Program-made: the position numbers and the translations under genes
NCBI RefSeq assembly: GCF_963506605.1
Contig: NC_083281.1
Span: forward strand, 83,824,001 to 83,888,000
Direction of reading: 5' to 3'
Length of the DNA: 64,000 bases
Origin: Zootoca vivipara
Lineage: Eukaryota
The notes under the pieces: model-generated
Seen by the model: the letters and a program-made list of their open reading frames with translations, nothing else
Told to the model about the DNA's origin: nothing
Database searches by the model: none
Part shown: positions 11,304 to 31,000 of the stretch, in pieces
How positions within the stretch are numbered: position 1 is the stretch's first letter
Layout of the letters: each line of letters begins with the position of its first letter

Positions 11304-14152
11304 ACTCCAATAAACTAGAGCTTTCAGTCCCAGATCCAAAAGTAAACCTGACCTCAATCTTCTGTGTGTCTAACATTGGACAGTATGGTCTTGAGTTGAA
11401 GACAGTGAAAATTGAGGAGCACCAACCTACGGGGAGATTCACAACTTAATTTTGCTCACTGCAGATCAAGCTTTTTCTAGACTGAACCCACTTTAGGCTA
11501 CAGGTGGAAATTGGATGTTTGACTTCACAATCCTGAATCCCTGCACACAGAAAGCTGTCATTTCCTAGGGTGGGAGGTGGGGGGCTTACAGCCTAGCCTT
11601 CTCTCTGACAAACAATTCCTCTGCAGCTGAAAGAGAAAGAAAGGGAAGAGCGTGCATTGGGAACAGGTATAAGAGGGACATTTAAACACACACATCCCAC
11701 TAGCTCCTGCAATGTGAATCAGTGGAGTTCAGCAAACGATTTACCTCTTAATTCTGGTGGTTTAACAGCCTTGGTATTGTAGAAGCACTGTTGTGGTGGT
11801 GGGAAAGAGACTGCAGAGGGACATTTTCTACTTGCCCCTGTTTCATAACTCATAATCCTATTTGGAAATGTGCCGGCATAATTGATCGATAAAACATGGA
11901 AGGTAGTTGCCTGTTTTATGGCTGATTTACTGTGGCCATTGTTCACTAATAAGCCAGCTGTTCCTCCCAGCCTCATGTTCATGCACTCCCAAAAACTGCT
12001 GAATAAGGGAGAGAGTCATGTTTTGGCAGCATTGCAGTATGCTACAGCCAGCACCCTTTTGGCAACCTACGCATGCCTGCTAGCCAGGAAAATAGAATAT
12101 AGGCATTGTGCTTGTTCCTTTTTTAAACTGGGGAGGGGAGAGGGAGAGAGAGCAGCAGTTTCTCAAGTTACTATACAATGAGTTCATCTGGGAGCTGTGG
12201 CAAGGGCAAGAGAATTGATTGGCAGGGGTGATATTCAGTACTTTCTTTTAAAAAGAAATTAAAATCAGGCCCCAGGAAAGCTTACATATATGATCTGTAA
12301 CAAGCAGAAGAGATAGAAACAAGGAAGAAGTTTCATATTCAGGATTAAATCAATACAGTTTTTCAAATCCACTCACTTTCTGGGGTTCTAAGTGAACAAG
12401 ATCTGTAGTGATTAGGAAAACGGCATTCTGCATGTAAATTCAACTGTTAAGACTGAAGAGGTGAGTCCTGCAACAAACTAAGGTTAGAAATGAACGGAAA
12501 TGACAGAGAAAAAGAATGTGGATGGCTTTAAAATGCAAAAAAGGGGTGAAACAAGTGTAGAGGAGATAGTAGGGCAGAAAGATATGCTCTCCAACACCAC
12601 GCCCCCACCCCCACAAAAAAACAACAACCCAGTTGGATAGTTACTAAGTTGTAGCTAACCAAGTCCTACTCCGAGTAGACCCATAAAAATTAACAATTTA
12701 ACCATGTCTGCTAATTTGAGTAGGACCTGGTTAGAAGCATCACTAAAGACACTCTGCACATGCCAAGAGGCAATTATTTAGGGAAAAGCTACAAATATTG
12801 CAACCAGACCAAGAGGATGCCCTCCACAGACAAAAACTTGGCAAACTACCCACCACCCAGTGAGAAACCTAGTGTGGCCTTGCTGTCTAGGGCTAAGGAG
12901 ACCCAGATTCAAGACCATATTTGGGCTGGCTAATTACTCTTTCTGAGCCTGACCTACCTCACAGGGTCATTGTTGCAAGGATAAAATGGGTGGTGGGGGA
13001 GATATACAGAGAGGGAAGAATGGAAAAGGAACGAAAAAGTCTGTCACTCAATAGTGGAGCACCTAAGAGCACAGGTTTAATTGCCAGCATCTTCAGGTTG
13101 GGCTGGGAATGACCCCTCTGAAATCCTGGCGCACAGCTGCTGGTCAGTATAAAAAACACTGAGCTTGATAGACTTGGAAAAAGGCAACTTCCTATACTCC
13201 TAAATGAAAATTGTTGAGAAGGAGCCCAAAGGGACAAGGGAACTTTTAAGCTCAAGCCTGTAAGTCAAAATCAACCCGCATCTTAAGTCAGGCCTGGAAG
13301 ATGACAGGGCAGGGCTAACAAGGTCAACAGACAGCAAGCGCCACCTTCATTCGGCAACAGAACAGGCAGCATCTAAAAAAAGTAGGATTCTTCTGTTTGT
13401 TTCTACTTGGAAGGAAGCAGTTTCGTGCCTGCCTCCCAAAACACGAGGGAAGAATGGCAGATTGTAGCCAATAACACGCCTGGCTACAGTAGGAGGCCAG
13501 AAACAGGGCTTATTGACTGTGTTCCTTGTCATTCTGGTCCACAATGTTAAATTGGCCCAGAAAGCTCCCAACAGGGCTGCTATTGTTTGCCAATCAAGGC
13601 ATGGAGGACACAATGCTGCCCATTCATCTCCCAAGAGAAACTGGGAGGGCAGGAGGGCGCTCGGCTTGTTTTGAGACAAGCAAAACTGTGTCGCATTCCA
13701 CACTAGAGCTACATTCTCTCCACCACCCCACTTAAAAAAAAACACGATTCCAGCAAATCAACTGAACTCACACAGCCATCAAGTACCAAGAGCTGCTGAA
13801 GAGAGATGCTTTCTGCCATCACATGTAACAAAAACAATAGAGAAAACATTTTACTAGAGAAATGCACATTTTAAAGTGGGGAAAATACATACACAATGCA
13901 TACATTCAGAAGGTTACACAATTAAGTTACTTGGTTTCATTTCCTTGATTTTAAAAAGTACCACTTCGTGTTTTTCGCCTCTGAACTTGTGCAGCCCAGC
14001 TTGCAAAAGGGCACTTCAAAAACGGTCTACATTGTAGGTTAGCTTGCCGTTAAGATAAAGAGCGTTACAAAAAAGTTTGTAAGAAACACACAAATACAAC
14101 ATGGTAAAAAAACAAAAACCCAAGATCCAATGCAGCTGAACGTAGCCTGCTT

Positions 14153-21217
<7,065 letters not shown>

Positions 21218-21234
21218 TTATTTAATCTGCCAAT

Positions 21235-21715
21235 ATCATAACAATGTTATACAAATTGATGGTGCAACTGCGTTTGGAATATTGTATGCAGTTGTGGATA
21301 CCTCACTTCAAAAAGGATATTGTAGAGCTGCAGAAGGTTCAGAAGACAACAAAAATGATCAAGGGGATGGATTATCCTGCCCCCCCCATCCCGCATAAGG
21401 AAAGATTGCATCATTTGGGACTTTTTACTTTAGAGAAAAGGCAAACAAGAGGTGACATGATATACGTCATGATATTATTCATGGAATGGAGAAAGCACAG
21501 TGAAACATTTTTCTCCCTCTCTCATAACACTAGAACTCATGAGCATCCAATGAAGCTGAATGTTGGAAGATTCAGGATAGATAAAAGAAAGTACTTCTTC
21601 ACACAGCACATCGTTAAATTGTAGAACCCACTCCCACAGCCACCAACCTGGATGGCTTTAAAAGAGGATTACACATATTCATGGAGGGCAAGGCTATCAA
21701 TGGCCACATCACAAT
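21235..21715 (+). mobile_element. CR1 LINE 3' fragment
   Basis: ORF 21244..21624 resembles the decayed CR1 ORF2 C-terminus (LEYC.Q.W.P..KKDI..L.KVQ; LGLFTLEKR..RGDMI; RKYFFTQ). Confidence 0.85.
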
Positions 21716-21723
21716 GGCTATAA

Positions 21724-21859
21724 CAGGCACCCCCAACCTTTGGCCCTCCAGATGTTTTGGACTACAATTCCCATCATCCCTGACCACTGGTCCTGTTAGA
21801 TATGGATCATGGGAGTTGTAGGCCAAAACATCTGGAGGGCTGCAGGTTGGGGATGCCTG
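21724..21859. mobile_element. 136-bp palindromic hAT MITE
   Basis: CAGGCACCCCCAACC / GGTTGGGGATGCCTG; TSD ggctataa/ggctatat. Confidence 0.85.
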
Positions 21860-23379
21860 GGCTATATTCTACCTCCACTATCAGAGGCATAATGCCTCTG
21901 AATATCAGTTGCTGGGAATCACAAGTGGGCAGAGTGCTATTGGGATTATGTCCAGCTTGCAGGCTTTTGACAGACATCTGATTGGACACTGTGAAAACAG
22001 GCTGCTGGACTAGATGAGCCATTGACTGATCCAGCAGACTTCTCTTATGTTCTTAAAAGGAAATAGCAGGCTAGTTATATAGCGAAAGTGACATAAAAGA
22101 GCTTTGCTCTAGTACAAAGGTAAATATCACCTTCTTTATTTAAACATGCCCATCCTATTCAAGAGGCTCAGATAAGATAATATTGTATTGGGGGATTATT
22201 GTAGCATGATTAACTCACCCTAGGAAGCAAAATTAATATAAAAAAAACCCAGGATGTTTGGTTTACTAGTTTCTAGTGCAAAAGTATTTCACGCCAAGGA
22301 CCAATATGTTCAGGGATGCCATGTTCCCCCCCCCCAGTTTATAAAATGTGTTTTAAAATTATAAATAGATTTCTTTTTAATCAAATAGGGGAGGGGACAC
22401 TCATCTAACTCTAGAGAACAGCCAGTTTGGCTCTGAAAGCCAGGGTAGAGTAGTGGCTGGCTGGCCTTTGGAGACCAGGGTTGAAATCCCCATTTGGCCA
22501 CGCAATCCCTTTTTAAAGAAACATTAGTCACAAATCAGTGTGCAATAACAAAAACAGAAAATCCAAATGACATTTAAGAAACATTACATACAAGCATACT
22601 TCATGATATTCTAAAAAAATAAGCAAAAACCAACTCCAGTCAGACAGCTCAGCATGTTATCAGCAATTTAGAACGTCATCTCTGTAGTCTAATTTACATG
22701 AGCTGCTGAAAGCTACAGAGAAAAAAAATAAAAATAAAAGCCTTTGAGGCCCACCTAAAAACATCAGTTCCCTGATCTGCAATTAATTTGAGGAGAAAAA
22801 TGTTAGGAGGGGCCCAGCGACAATAAACTGGGAGCCAGTCCCCCTAACACAAAATACCATTTCTGACACGCCCCACTCTCTTTTGTAGCTGGGGATGAAG
22901 CCTCACCAAGGAAAATTTGCCGCAAGCACAACCACCTCTCCAGGGTGCTAAACCTTACCCTAAATGAGGAGGGGAAGCCTCTGGCCCCTAGGATGCTCCC
23001 CAGCCGCACCCCCCCACACACACACACTGGCATCACACCCTCCTTGAGCCTTTTTGCATGGCCGGATTATTCCCCTCCCGCCTCCAGTAATCCTCCTTGC
23101 ATGCCCGAATGGAGAAGGGTGTGTGCACAAACTACCAACCTACTGTACAAAGGTGAAATTTGCACATCTTGTCCCGCCCACAGCTGGCATGTTCCAATCC
23201 CCCACCCCTACCCCAGAAGAGAATGGGCTGAAAATGGCTCCCCGCCCCAGCCCAAACCATTCAAAGCCCCCTCCCAGATCCTTACACCCTTCATACACCC
23301 ACCCACCCAGCCCACCATCCCTATTATCCTTCTTCCACTAATAGCTTCTCTTCTTACATACCCCAGATTATCCCCGCAT

Positions 23380-23870
23380 GCCCCTTACCCCCAGATAATC
23401 CACACTCCTTCAGCCTTCTAGAAAACCGACATTCCCAACTCCCCCAATCGCATCCTTTCTTCAGGCAACGGGGTCCTCTATTGCAAAAGCCCAAACCCTT
23501 CCCACTTCCGGTTTCAAGATTGTGTGCCGGGGGGACCGTTCCTAGCGACGGACACGACGCCTCTTTCGGCTCCCGCGACCAATAAGAAGCTTCCCTGTAG
23601 GTACTCGTGCAATACTGTTCCCCCGCAGGTGGCCAAACCCGCAGAGTTCGGTTCCGTCCCTAAAGCGTTGTCGCCCGGAATCTGTCGGGGAAGAGTCGCC
23701 CTCCAAACTGGTAAGAGCCCATCTAGGGGACCTTATGGGGTCGCGATATGGGTGAGTTGTTTTGGATTAGTGCGGGGGTTCTTAATGGCGACTGATGAAC
23801 CGGTGAGGCGACGGGGCTGTAGTGAAGTCAGGAGACCCTTGAATGACCCCGGAGGAAGAAAGTAGTGCGG
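23380..23870. promoter_or_regulatory. Bidirectional CpG-rich promoter for LZIC (-) and NMNAT1 (+), with non-coding first exons
   Basis: CpG enrichment; ETS site CACTTCCGG (~23503-23511); CCAAT (~23579); minus donors GG|GTAAGG at 23389 and 22959; plus donors CTG|GTAAGA (23710), TGG|GTGAGT (23751) and CCG|GTGAGG (23802); the head-to-head LZIC/NMNAT1 arrangement is known in mammals. Confidence 0.72.
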
Positions 23871-24153
23871 TGGTAATATAAGTTGATACTGTTCATATTT
23901 AGCGAGATTGTGAGTGATGGCGAATGCCAATTTTAACCTGCCTTCACGGGGGGGAGGGTGTATCCAGTGGAGATATACACGTGCATGCAGCTGTAAAAGT
24001 GTGGCACCTTTTTCCAGAAAGGGCTAAAATTAAGAATGGGCAACTGAGGATTCATTTCTTAAAATTATATGTGTGATCTTCAGCCATAGCACCCAGGATA
24101 GCTCATGGAATAAAACCGTAAGTTATAAATACAAGGGCAAAGGGCTGGAGATA

Positions 24154-24156
<3 letters not shown>

Positions 24157-24196
<40 letters not shown>
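24157..24196. repeat. (AAT)n microsatellite
   Basis: Direct reading. Confidence 0.95.
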
Positions 24197-24198
<2 letters not shown>

Positions 24199-24436
24199 TT
24201 ATTTATACCCGACCCTTCCCGGTTTAAAAGCTGGGCTCAGGGCGGCTAACAGCAAATATAAAACATTGATTAAAATGTGACTTTAAAAACAGCATAGAAT
24301 GCAACATAAATGTAGCATCAATGTCAATAAAATTCAAAAATTCAGGGTCGGGGTGGGCGGAACCCAGTTCAGTAAACATCAAGTGATAGCCAGGGCTAAC
24401 TTGCCAAGTTGGTCCTGATAGGAGGCTGAATAGCTG

Positions 24437-24725
24437 TCACATGGAGGATGGAGCAAGCTTGTTTTCTCCTGCTCCAAAGAGTAGGACCTGAATCAATGGC
24501 TTCAAGTTACAAGAAAGAGGATTCTGACTAACCATCAGGAAGAACTTGGCAAGAGCTGTTCGACACTGGCCATGAGAAGTGGTGGACTCTCCTTTATTGG
24601 AGGCTTTTAAACAGAAGTTGAATGGCCATCTGTCATGTACGGTATAATCTAGCTGAAATTCCTGCATTGTAGAGGGTTAATGACCTTCGAGGTTCCTTCC
24701 AACTCTGCAGTTCTGTGATTCTATG
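24437..24725 (+). mobile_element. CR1 LINE 3' end fragment
   Basis: ttgttttctcctgctcc...gaggcttttaaacagaagttg...ccttccaactctgcagttctgtgattctatg tail. Confidence 0.75.
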
Positions 24726-25604
24726 CTGTTACTGTACCTGGTAGCCCTTCCAAATGTAGGAACATAGCAAGCTACCTTATATTGGGTCAGGCTATTGGCC
24801 CATCTAGCTTGGTATTGTCTGCACTGACTGGCAGTAGCACTCCAGGGTTTGGGGCTGGAGTATCTCCCAGTCCTAGCTGGGAATTGACTCTAGGTCCTTC
24901 TTCGTGCAAAACAGACACTCTACCACTGAGCTATAGCCCTTCCCTATAATCAAGGCCATGGTGAAATATGGGTAATGAGGGGGTGTTGTGGGTGGGAGGT
25001 GAGAGATGTCTTCATGTTGTAAGACATAGATAGAGGAAGTCTGTGCTTCAAGATTTTGTATGAACCTTTAAAATAATAATAGTGCATCTAATCTGCTACT
25101 CCTGTACGTGGCTCAGCAGGCTGCAGGAAGTCACTCTAAAGTGCAGAGGGGAGCACAAAAGTACTTTAGTGCCATCCAGCTTGAAACTGCCTTGTGGTAC
25201 ATTTGGCAGAAAATCCATCACAGTGGAAATAGTGTCTATGTGGGGTCATTCTGTTGATCTGCAGCCCACTTCTTCATGGGGCCCAATGAGGCTGCATTTT
25301 CTCTGTAGGTGAATAATTGCTATCAACTTCTCTGAAAGGCTGAGTATAGGAGAGGGGCTTTTTTGGGTTTCTTAAAGCCAGTCACATTCCTGTACCTCTT
25401 ACAGCAGTGTGACATGTAGACATTTAGCAGGTGAAAGCTCTTCCTGGAAAAATTGATAACCAACTAAGTCCCACTCAGAGTAGATCCACTGAAATTAGTG
25501 GAACTACATTACTCACTTTTTAAAACTTAAATGGCTCTACTCTGTGTACAGTCTATTCTGAGTAAGACTTTTATTTTTTATTATTACCATTAGTATTATA
25601 GCAG

Positions 25605-26020
25605 TTATATTCCACCCTTTCTCCAATGAATTCAAAGTGGGGTACATACTCCCCCCCCCTTAATTTAAGCCCCACAACAACACTGTGAGGTGGGTTAGCG
25701 CTGAGAGGCAGTGACTGGCCCAAAGTCATCCAGTGAGCTTAATGGCTGAGTGGGGGTTTGGTCTCCTTGGTCCTAGTCCATCACGCTAACCACTACACCA
25801 AACGGTTTGCCAAACTTACCCTGTATTCATATCCCACCTTTCCTCCATGGAACTCAATGGTGGCATACACAGTTCTCTCCCTCTTACCCATTTTTTTCAT
25901 TGCAACAATCCTTTGAGGTAGGTTAGGCTGAGAGATTGTGACTGGCGAAAGGCTTCATGGCTGAGTGGGGATTTGAACCCAGGTCCTCATCTGACATTCT
26001 AACCACTGCACTACACTGGC
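25605..26020 (-). mobile_element. Two tandem MIR/Squam3-like SINE copies
   Basis: ccaccttt...caacaac.ctgtgaggt.ggttag...ggctgagtgggg...aaccactacacc occurs twice; related copies at ~12860-13000, 32232-32430 and 54940-55110. Confidence 0.65.
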
Positions 26021-27902
26021 TGTGGACTAGCACTGAATACAATGCACAGAGAAAATCTGTATGTTTGGGTTGCTGTTGCGGGTTGCTGTGCATGGGGGTA
26101 TGTGTCAGCTACATGGCCAGTCCTGCCCCCACTGATGGAAGTTGTAGTTCAGCAACCTCTAGAAAATAATACAGCCTATCCACCCCTAATATACAGGATC
26201 AGGATGTGTGATTATAAAGAAACCCAAAGTCAGAAACAGCCAGATGTTTTGCTTCTATTTTGTCTAACAGTCACTGGGCTGAGATGAATAGTTTAAGTGA
26301 AATCTTAATTTCCACCTTTTTAAGGCCGCTTGTGCTTAATGAGGGTGATTTCTGTATAAGCATGCTCAGGATTTGTTTAATTCCATTTATTAATCACTTC
26401 CAATAAAATATTTCAAAGCCATTTCACAGTAAAAAGATTGCACTGCATGTTCCCTAATCAAAAATCTTGCCTAGGAACTCTGACCTGGTCTAACTCTGAA
26501 TTGTTTAATACTACTAGATCAGAATTGTAACTTTGCTTAAACTCATCCATTCCTGAAGACAAATAGCTTTGAAACTTTTTTAAGGCTTCCTAAATACTTT
26601 CAAATTCATTGTGAAACAAATGTGAGGTTTAATCATACCGGGGAGACAGAGTTCTATAGGAGTTAGCTCCTCATTCATTGCTGATCACTAGATTAGCTGC
26701 TTTTTAAAAAGCAGAGTAAGATCTATTTCCAATCCAAACTTATTACATATTACTAATTTCAATAGCACCTTCTTAATTTATATGTAACTCTGGTTTCCTC
26801 TTCACAACAACTCACCCCTGCTGTATAAAGGTAACAGCCCCATCCATTGCTCCATCCAGTTTTTTGCCCGTGCCTGTACACATATTTTGCCCCAGACCAT
26901 GCCCTTCAGTGGCACATGGCCCCCAAAGCTTGCCCAGGGGAGAATGTGGCCCTTTCATTGGAAAAGTTTGACCACTGCTGCAACAGGTGGAGAAACCCAG
27001 CCTGATGGGTGGGGTAATATTATTATTATTATTATTATTATTATTAGGTGGTGCCAACTTTGTACTGTGGAGTCTGATCACATGATGAAGAGATCTGCTT
27101 AGAAGCCATTTTGGCATATAATTTAATAATCCCTTTGTGCAGCAAGCTAAACTCCACACACACAAGCACACACCCTAAAGCCAGGCCGTTATCTGGAGTC
27201 AGAGCCTCCCTTCCCAGGAATATACAATCTGACTATTTTAACAAAAGGCAATTTTTAGATTGCCTCTAAACAGCTGCCTGTCCCTCGAGCCTGAAAAAAA
27301 AAGCTACCTGAAATATTTCTGCTGGAGAAGAAAGCACCCTCTTAAAAACGTCCCCTTAAAGATAAAAGCAGCTGACTTGAGAACAGGCTACTCCCCTCAC
27401 TTTGAAACTGGAGCTCTGGAGCATCGCCTTCTTCTGTCTCTTGTTCCATACACGTTCCCATAGCAACCGTCTCCCAGTTAATCTGCTGCGAGGAGCTTCT
27501 CCATTAAGTCAGGAGTACACATACAAAAGGAGGAAAAGGCTTTGAGGGCTTACTGTTTTGCTCCCTTCCCACAAAAGAAAATATCTGTGGATTTTAAAAA
27601 ATATATTCTTTTAAAAAATAGTAGAATTTTCTACAAAAAGATTTTGAAAGCCAACAGCCTCCCAGAGCTATCCTTTAAAAAGAATCCCGAAAGCCACGAC
27701 TCCCCCACCTACTGCACCTCAAAAGGCTGCTTAATGAATAGTTAAAATCTTTGGCTATGAATATCCCCAGATCTGAAGGTCTTCCCACTGTGTCTGCTGC
27801 AGAGATCAGTCCGTTTCGAAAAGAGGGAAAGAACTGAAGGCAGTTTAGCAAGGCGCTCATCGTGGTAGGGGCAGACGAATCCAGTCCCTGGCAGATTGCA
27901 GG

Positions 27903-28033
27903 TCAGATGTGCCACAGGCAGCCGCACTCGGAGACTGGCTCATAACAGATCCCCATCTTAGTCTCTTTGTTCAGTATCAAGCCAGGAAAAACCACGTTCG
28001 CAAGCCAAAACAGTCCCAGGACAGAGAAAAATG
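27903..28033 (-). CDS. 4-TM gene, coding exon 6 (A-FFSVLGLFWLANVVFPGLILNKETKMGICYEPVSECGCLWHI*)
   Basis: Acceptor ccactttatag|CA; stop TGA at 27905-27903; 131 nt. Confidence 0.85.
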
Positions 28034-31000
28034 CTATAAAGTGGGGTGGGGGTGGGGGTGTGTGGATGCAATTAGAAGAAAAGATAGCACAATTTTGAAT
28101 TTGCTTTGCAAGTGCAAAATATTAGGACAGACCAAAACATTTCAGCTTTCTTTTCATGTGTTAAAGCTACTAGTCCTCATGATAGTGAAAAAACAAAAAC
28201 AAAAAACCGTGTGTGTGTGTGCGCGCGCATGTGAAAACCCAATCTTGTGTGTGCATGCGTAAGGGTAAATGCAACTTCCTTCTTCTCTTTTGCCTAAATA
28301 TTTGCTAAAACTCCCAAAACAGAACACATCAGCATCTAAGCTTTTGGATAGGCTTGTTTAAATAAGCATGTTTTAAGCAGGCACTGAAAAGAGTACAGTG
28401 AAGGTGCCTGCCTGGTGTCAATAGGCAAGGAGTTCCAAAGTATAGGTGCCCCCACACTAAAAAAAATATGATTTTTTTTACAACTGCGTAACAAGTATTA
28501 TCTGGAACCTGTAGCAGTGCCAGTACCACAGACTGAAGCAGTCAGCTCCGTGCATATGCGGTAAGATGCTTCTGCAAGTAAACTAAGCTGTTAAGGGCTT
28601 TATATGCCAATAGTAACACCTTGAATGTGGCCCAGTAACAAACAGACCACCATTGCAGATCTCTTAAATCTCTGCTTCGTGCCTGCTGCAGTCGGAATAG
28701 TTTTGACCCACAAAGTGGATGCTACTCATGTTTAAACCAAAAACCTGCCATGTAAAATGAAAATTATGCATTTAATGTCACAGCCTAATTTGACCTTAGC
28801 ATGTGGCCCTCCAGATATTATAGGACTCCAGCTTCCACCATCCCTGACTTATTGGCCATGCTGATGAGAGTTGTCATCCAAAATGAGGGCACTGAGTTGA
28901 AGAGGAAGGCTATTTTAGCGCAAAGAGGAAGCATGATACCTACCGGTTGATACTAGACTGCTCACCGAGAGAGTCACTGATAAGTAATAAAGCTCAGGGG
29001 TGGTTTTAGCCTATGGAAGACACAACAGTCCATTCGTTAGAAAAGGAGCTTTTAAAAAAATAATAATGAGAAGGTCCCATCTGCAGACTTGCAATCTAGT
29101 GAGATCCCATAAGGGTCAGAATAAAAACCCCATGCATTGGGAGCGTGTCGGACTGTCTTCAAGACAACCTACTCCCAAGTCACATTGCGATCAAGTAATA
29201 AATATATGAAAATACAGTCAAACCTCGGTTGTCGAATGTAATCCATTCTGGAAGACCGTTCGACTTTCGAAACGTTCGACAACCAAGGATCAACGGGTGG
29301 TTGGCAAAGTGGAGAGAGAAAAAAAGAAAACTCCCTAGAAGCCGTTCGGCTTCCGAAAATCGTTTGAAAACCAGAGCAGTTTCTTCTGGGTTTTTGGCAT
29401 TTGGGAGCCGAAATGTACAATAACGGAGGCGTTCGAGAACTGCGGTTTGACTGTACTAAAGAGTTATTAAGTTACAGCCCTTCCCTTATGACGTAGGAAG
29501 CATCCTTATTCTGAGTCAGACCATGGGTCCATCCAGCTCAACATGTCTACACTGACTGGCAGCAGCTTTTCTGGGGTTTTCAGACAGGGGACACTCTCAG
29601 CCCTGCCTGGAGATTTTGAGGATTGATCCCTGAGCCTTCTGCATGCAAACAAGTGCCCTACCACTAAGCTATGATATAAGCAGCTCTTGAGCTCCAAAAA
29701 CTGTGTAAACAACTCAAGAGCTGCTTATATGAGGGAACAAAACTTGGAATTCCTCCAGCCCAGAATTTCATTTTAAAACAAATTGTGTAGGACCTCTGGT
29801 TTGGGCCACCCAAAAGCTTCCCCTTATTCCGCTAGCTTGAGGGGTGGGGCAAGCTTTTGTTTTTAGGCATATAACAGAATCGGCAATTACTCACACATTG
29901 TGTGGCCAAGGCAGTAAATATGATGGTGCAAACTCCTTTTGCAAAAGAGGCGCCCCCAAAGATGAAGAAAGTGGTCTTCAGCTCCCATGGAACCGGTTCC
30001 AACATGACCAGAAGCAAAGCCAGCCCTGAAAAGATGGGAGGGGGAGCATTAAGAGTGCTAAAAATGCACTTGCACAGAAACAGGCAGGATGCAGGGCTGT
30101 TGACTGGTCATGTAGCAAGTTAGGAAGCTGCCTTAGTTGGAGGCAGGCCACTAGCCCATCTAGGTCAGTATTGTCTACACTGACTGGCAGCCACTCTCCA
30201 GGGTTTCAGGCTGGGTTATCTCCCATCCCTCCTGGAGATGTCAAGGATCAAACATGGGACTGTCTGCATGCAAAGCAGATGATCTGCCACAGAGCTATGG
30301 TCATTCCCCTAAACACAAAATAAATTCCTAGTCCTCATGGTTCTAAATAAAAGGCTGATTTAAACACAGAAAGCTGCAGAGTCAGGCCACTAGTCCATGT
30401 AGCTCAGTATTGTCTACAATGACTGGCAGTGGCTCTCCAGGATTTTAGACAGGGGACCCCCCCCAGCCCAACCTGGAAATGCCGGGGATTGAACCTGGTA
30501 CTTTCTGGATGCAGAGTTCAGCAACTGGCTTATGTTTGATGTTTCAAGAAATTGTAGGATATTTCAACTACGCATACACATCACGGAACTACAAAACCTC
30601 CAAGTCCCAGCTGCCTTGGCTATCAGCCACAGATTTGCCTAGAAGCTTTAAAAATAAGAAAACGTTGACTGCCATTCCACATTTCTTGTGGCAATGAATA
30701 TCGCAGCTTAATGCAGCATTCTGCAGTGGTGCACACCTAAATTCCCAAGATTTGCCCCCAGTACTTCCTCAATGACGGTGGGCAGCTTCAAGGAAAGGCC
30801 CCCAAATGGAGTGTGCAAATGAGCGACAACTCCAGGGTGGTGCCCTCTGCCTGTGCAAATCCTCCATTTGGCACATGTGCTGTGCACCGAGAGACCCTCG
30901 ACTGCCTTCAGTATACAACCCCTTAAATTGGACCCTTGCTAGCCTTGTCATATTAAAAAAACACGCAACTTCTGGATGAACAAAATACTTTTGGGCACAT

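Noticed and set aside
27742-27927. 61-aa Cys/His-containing minus-strand ORF
   Set aside because: Different frame overlapping the stop and 3'UTR of the 4-TM gene; GTG start and no splice support.
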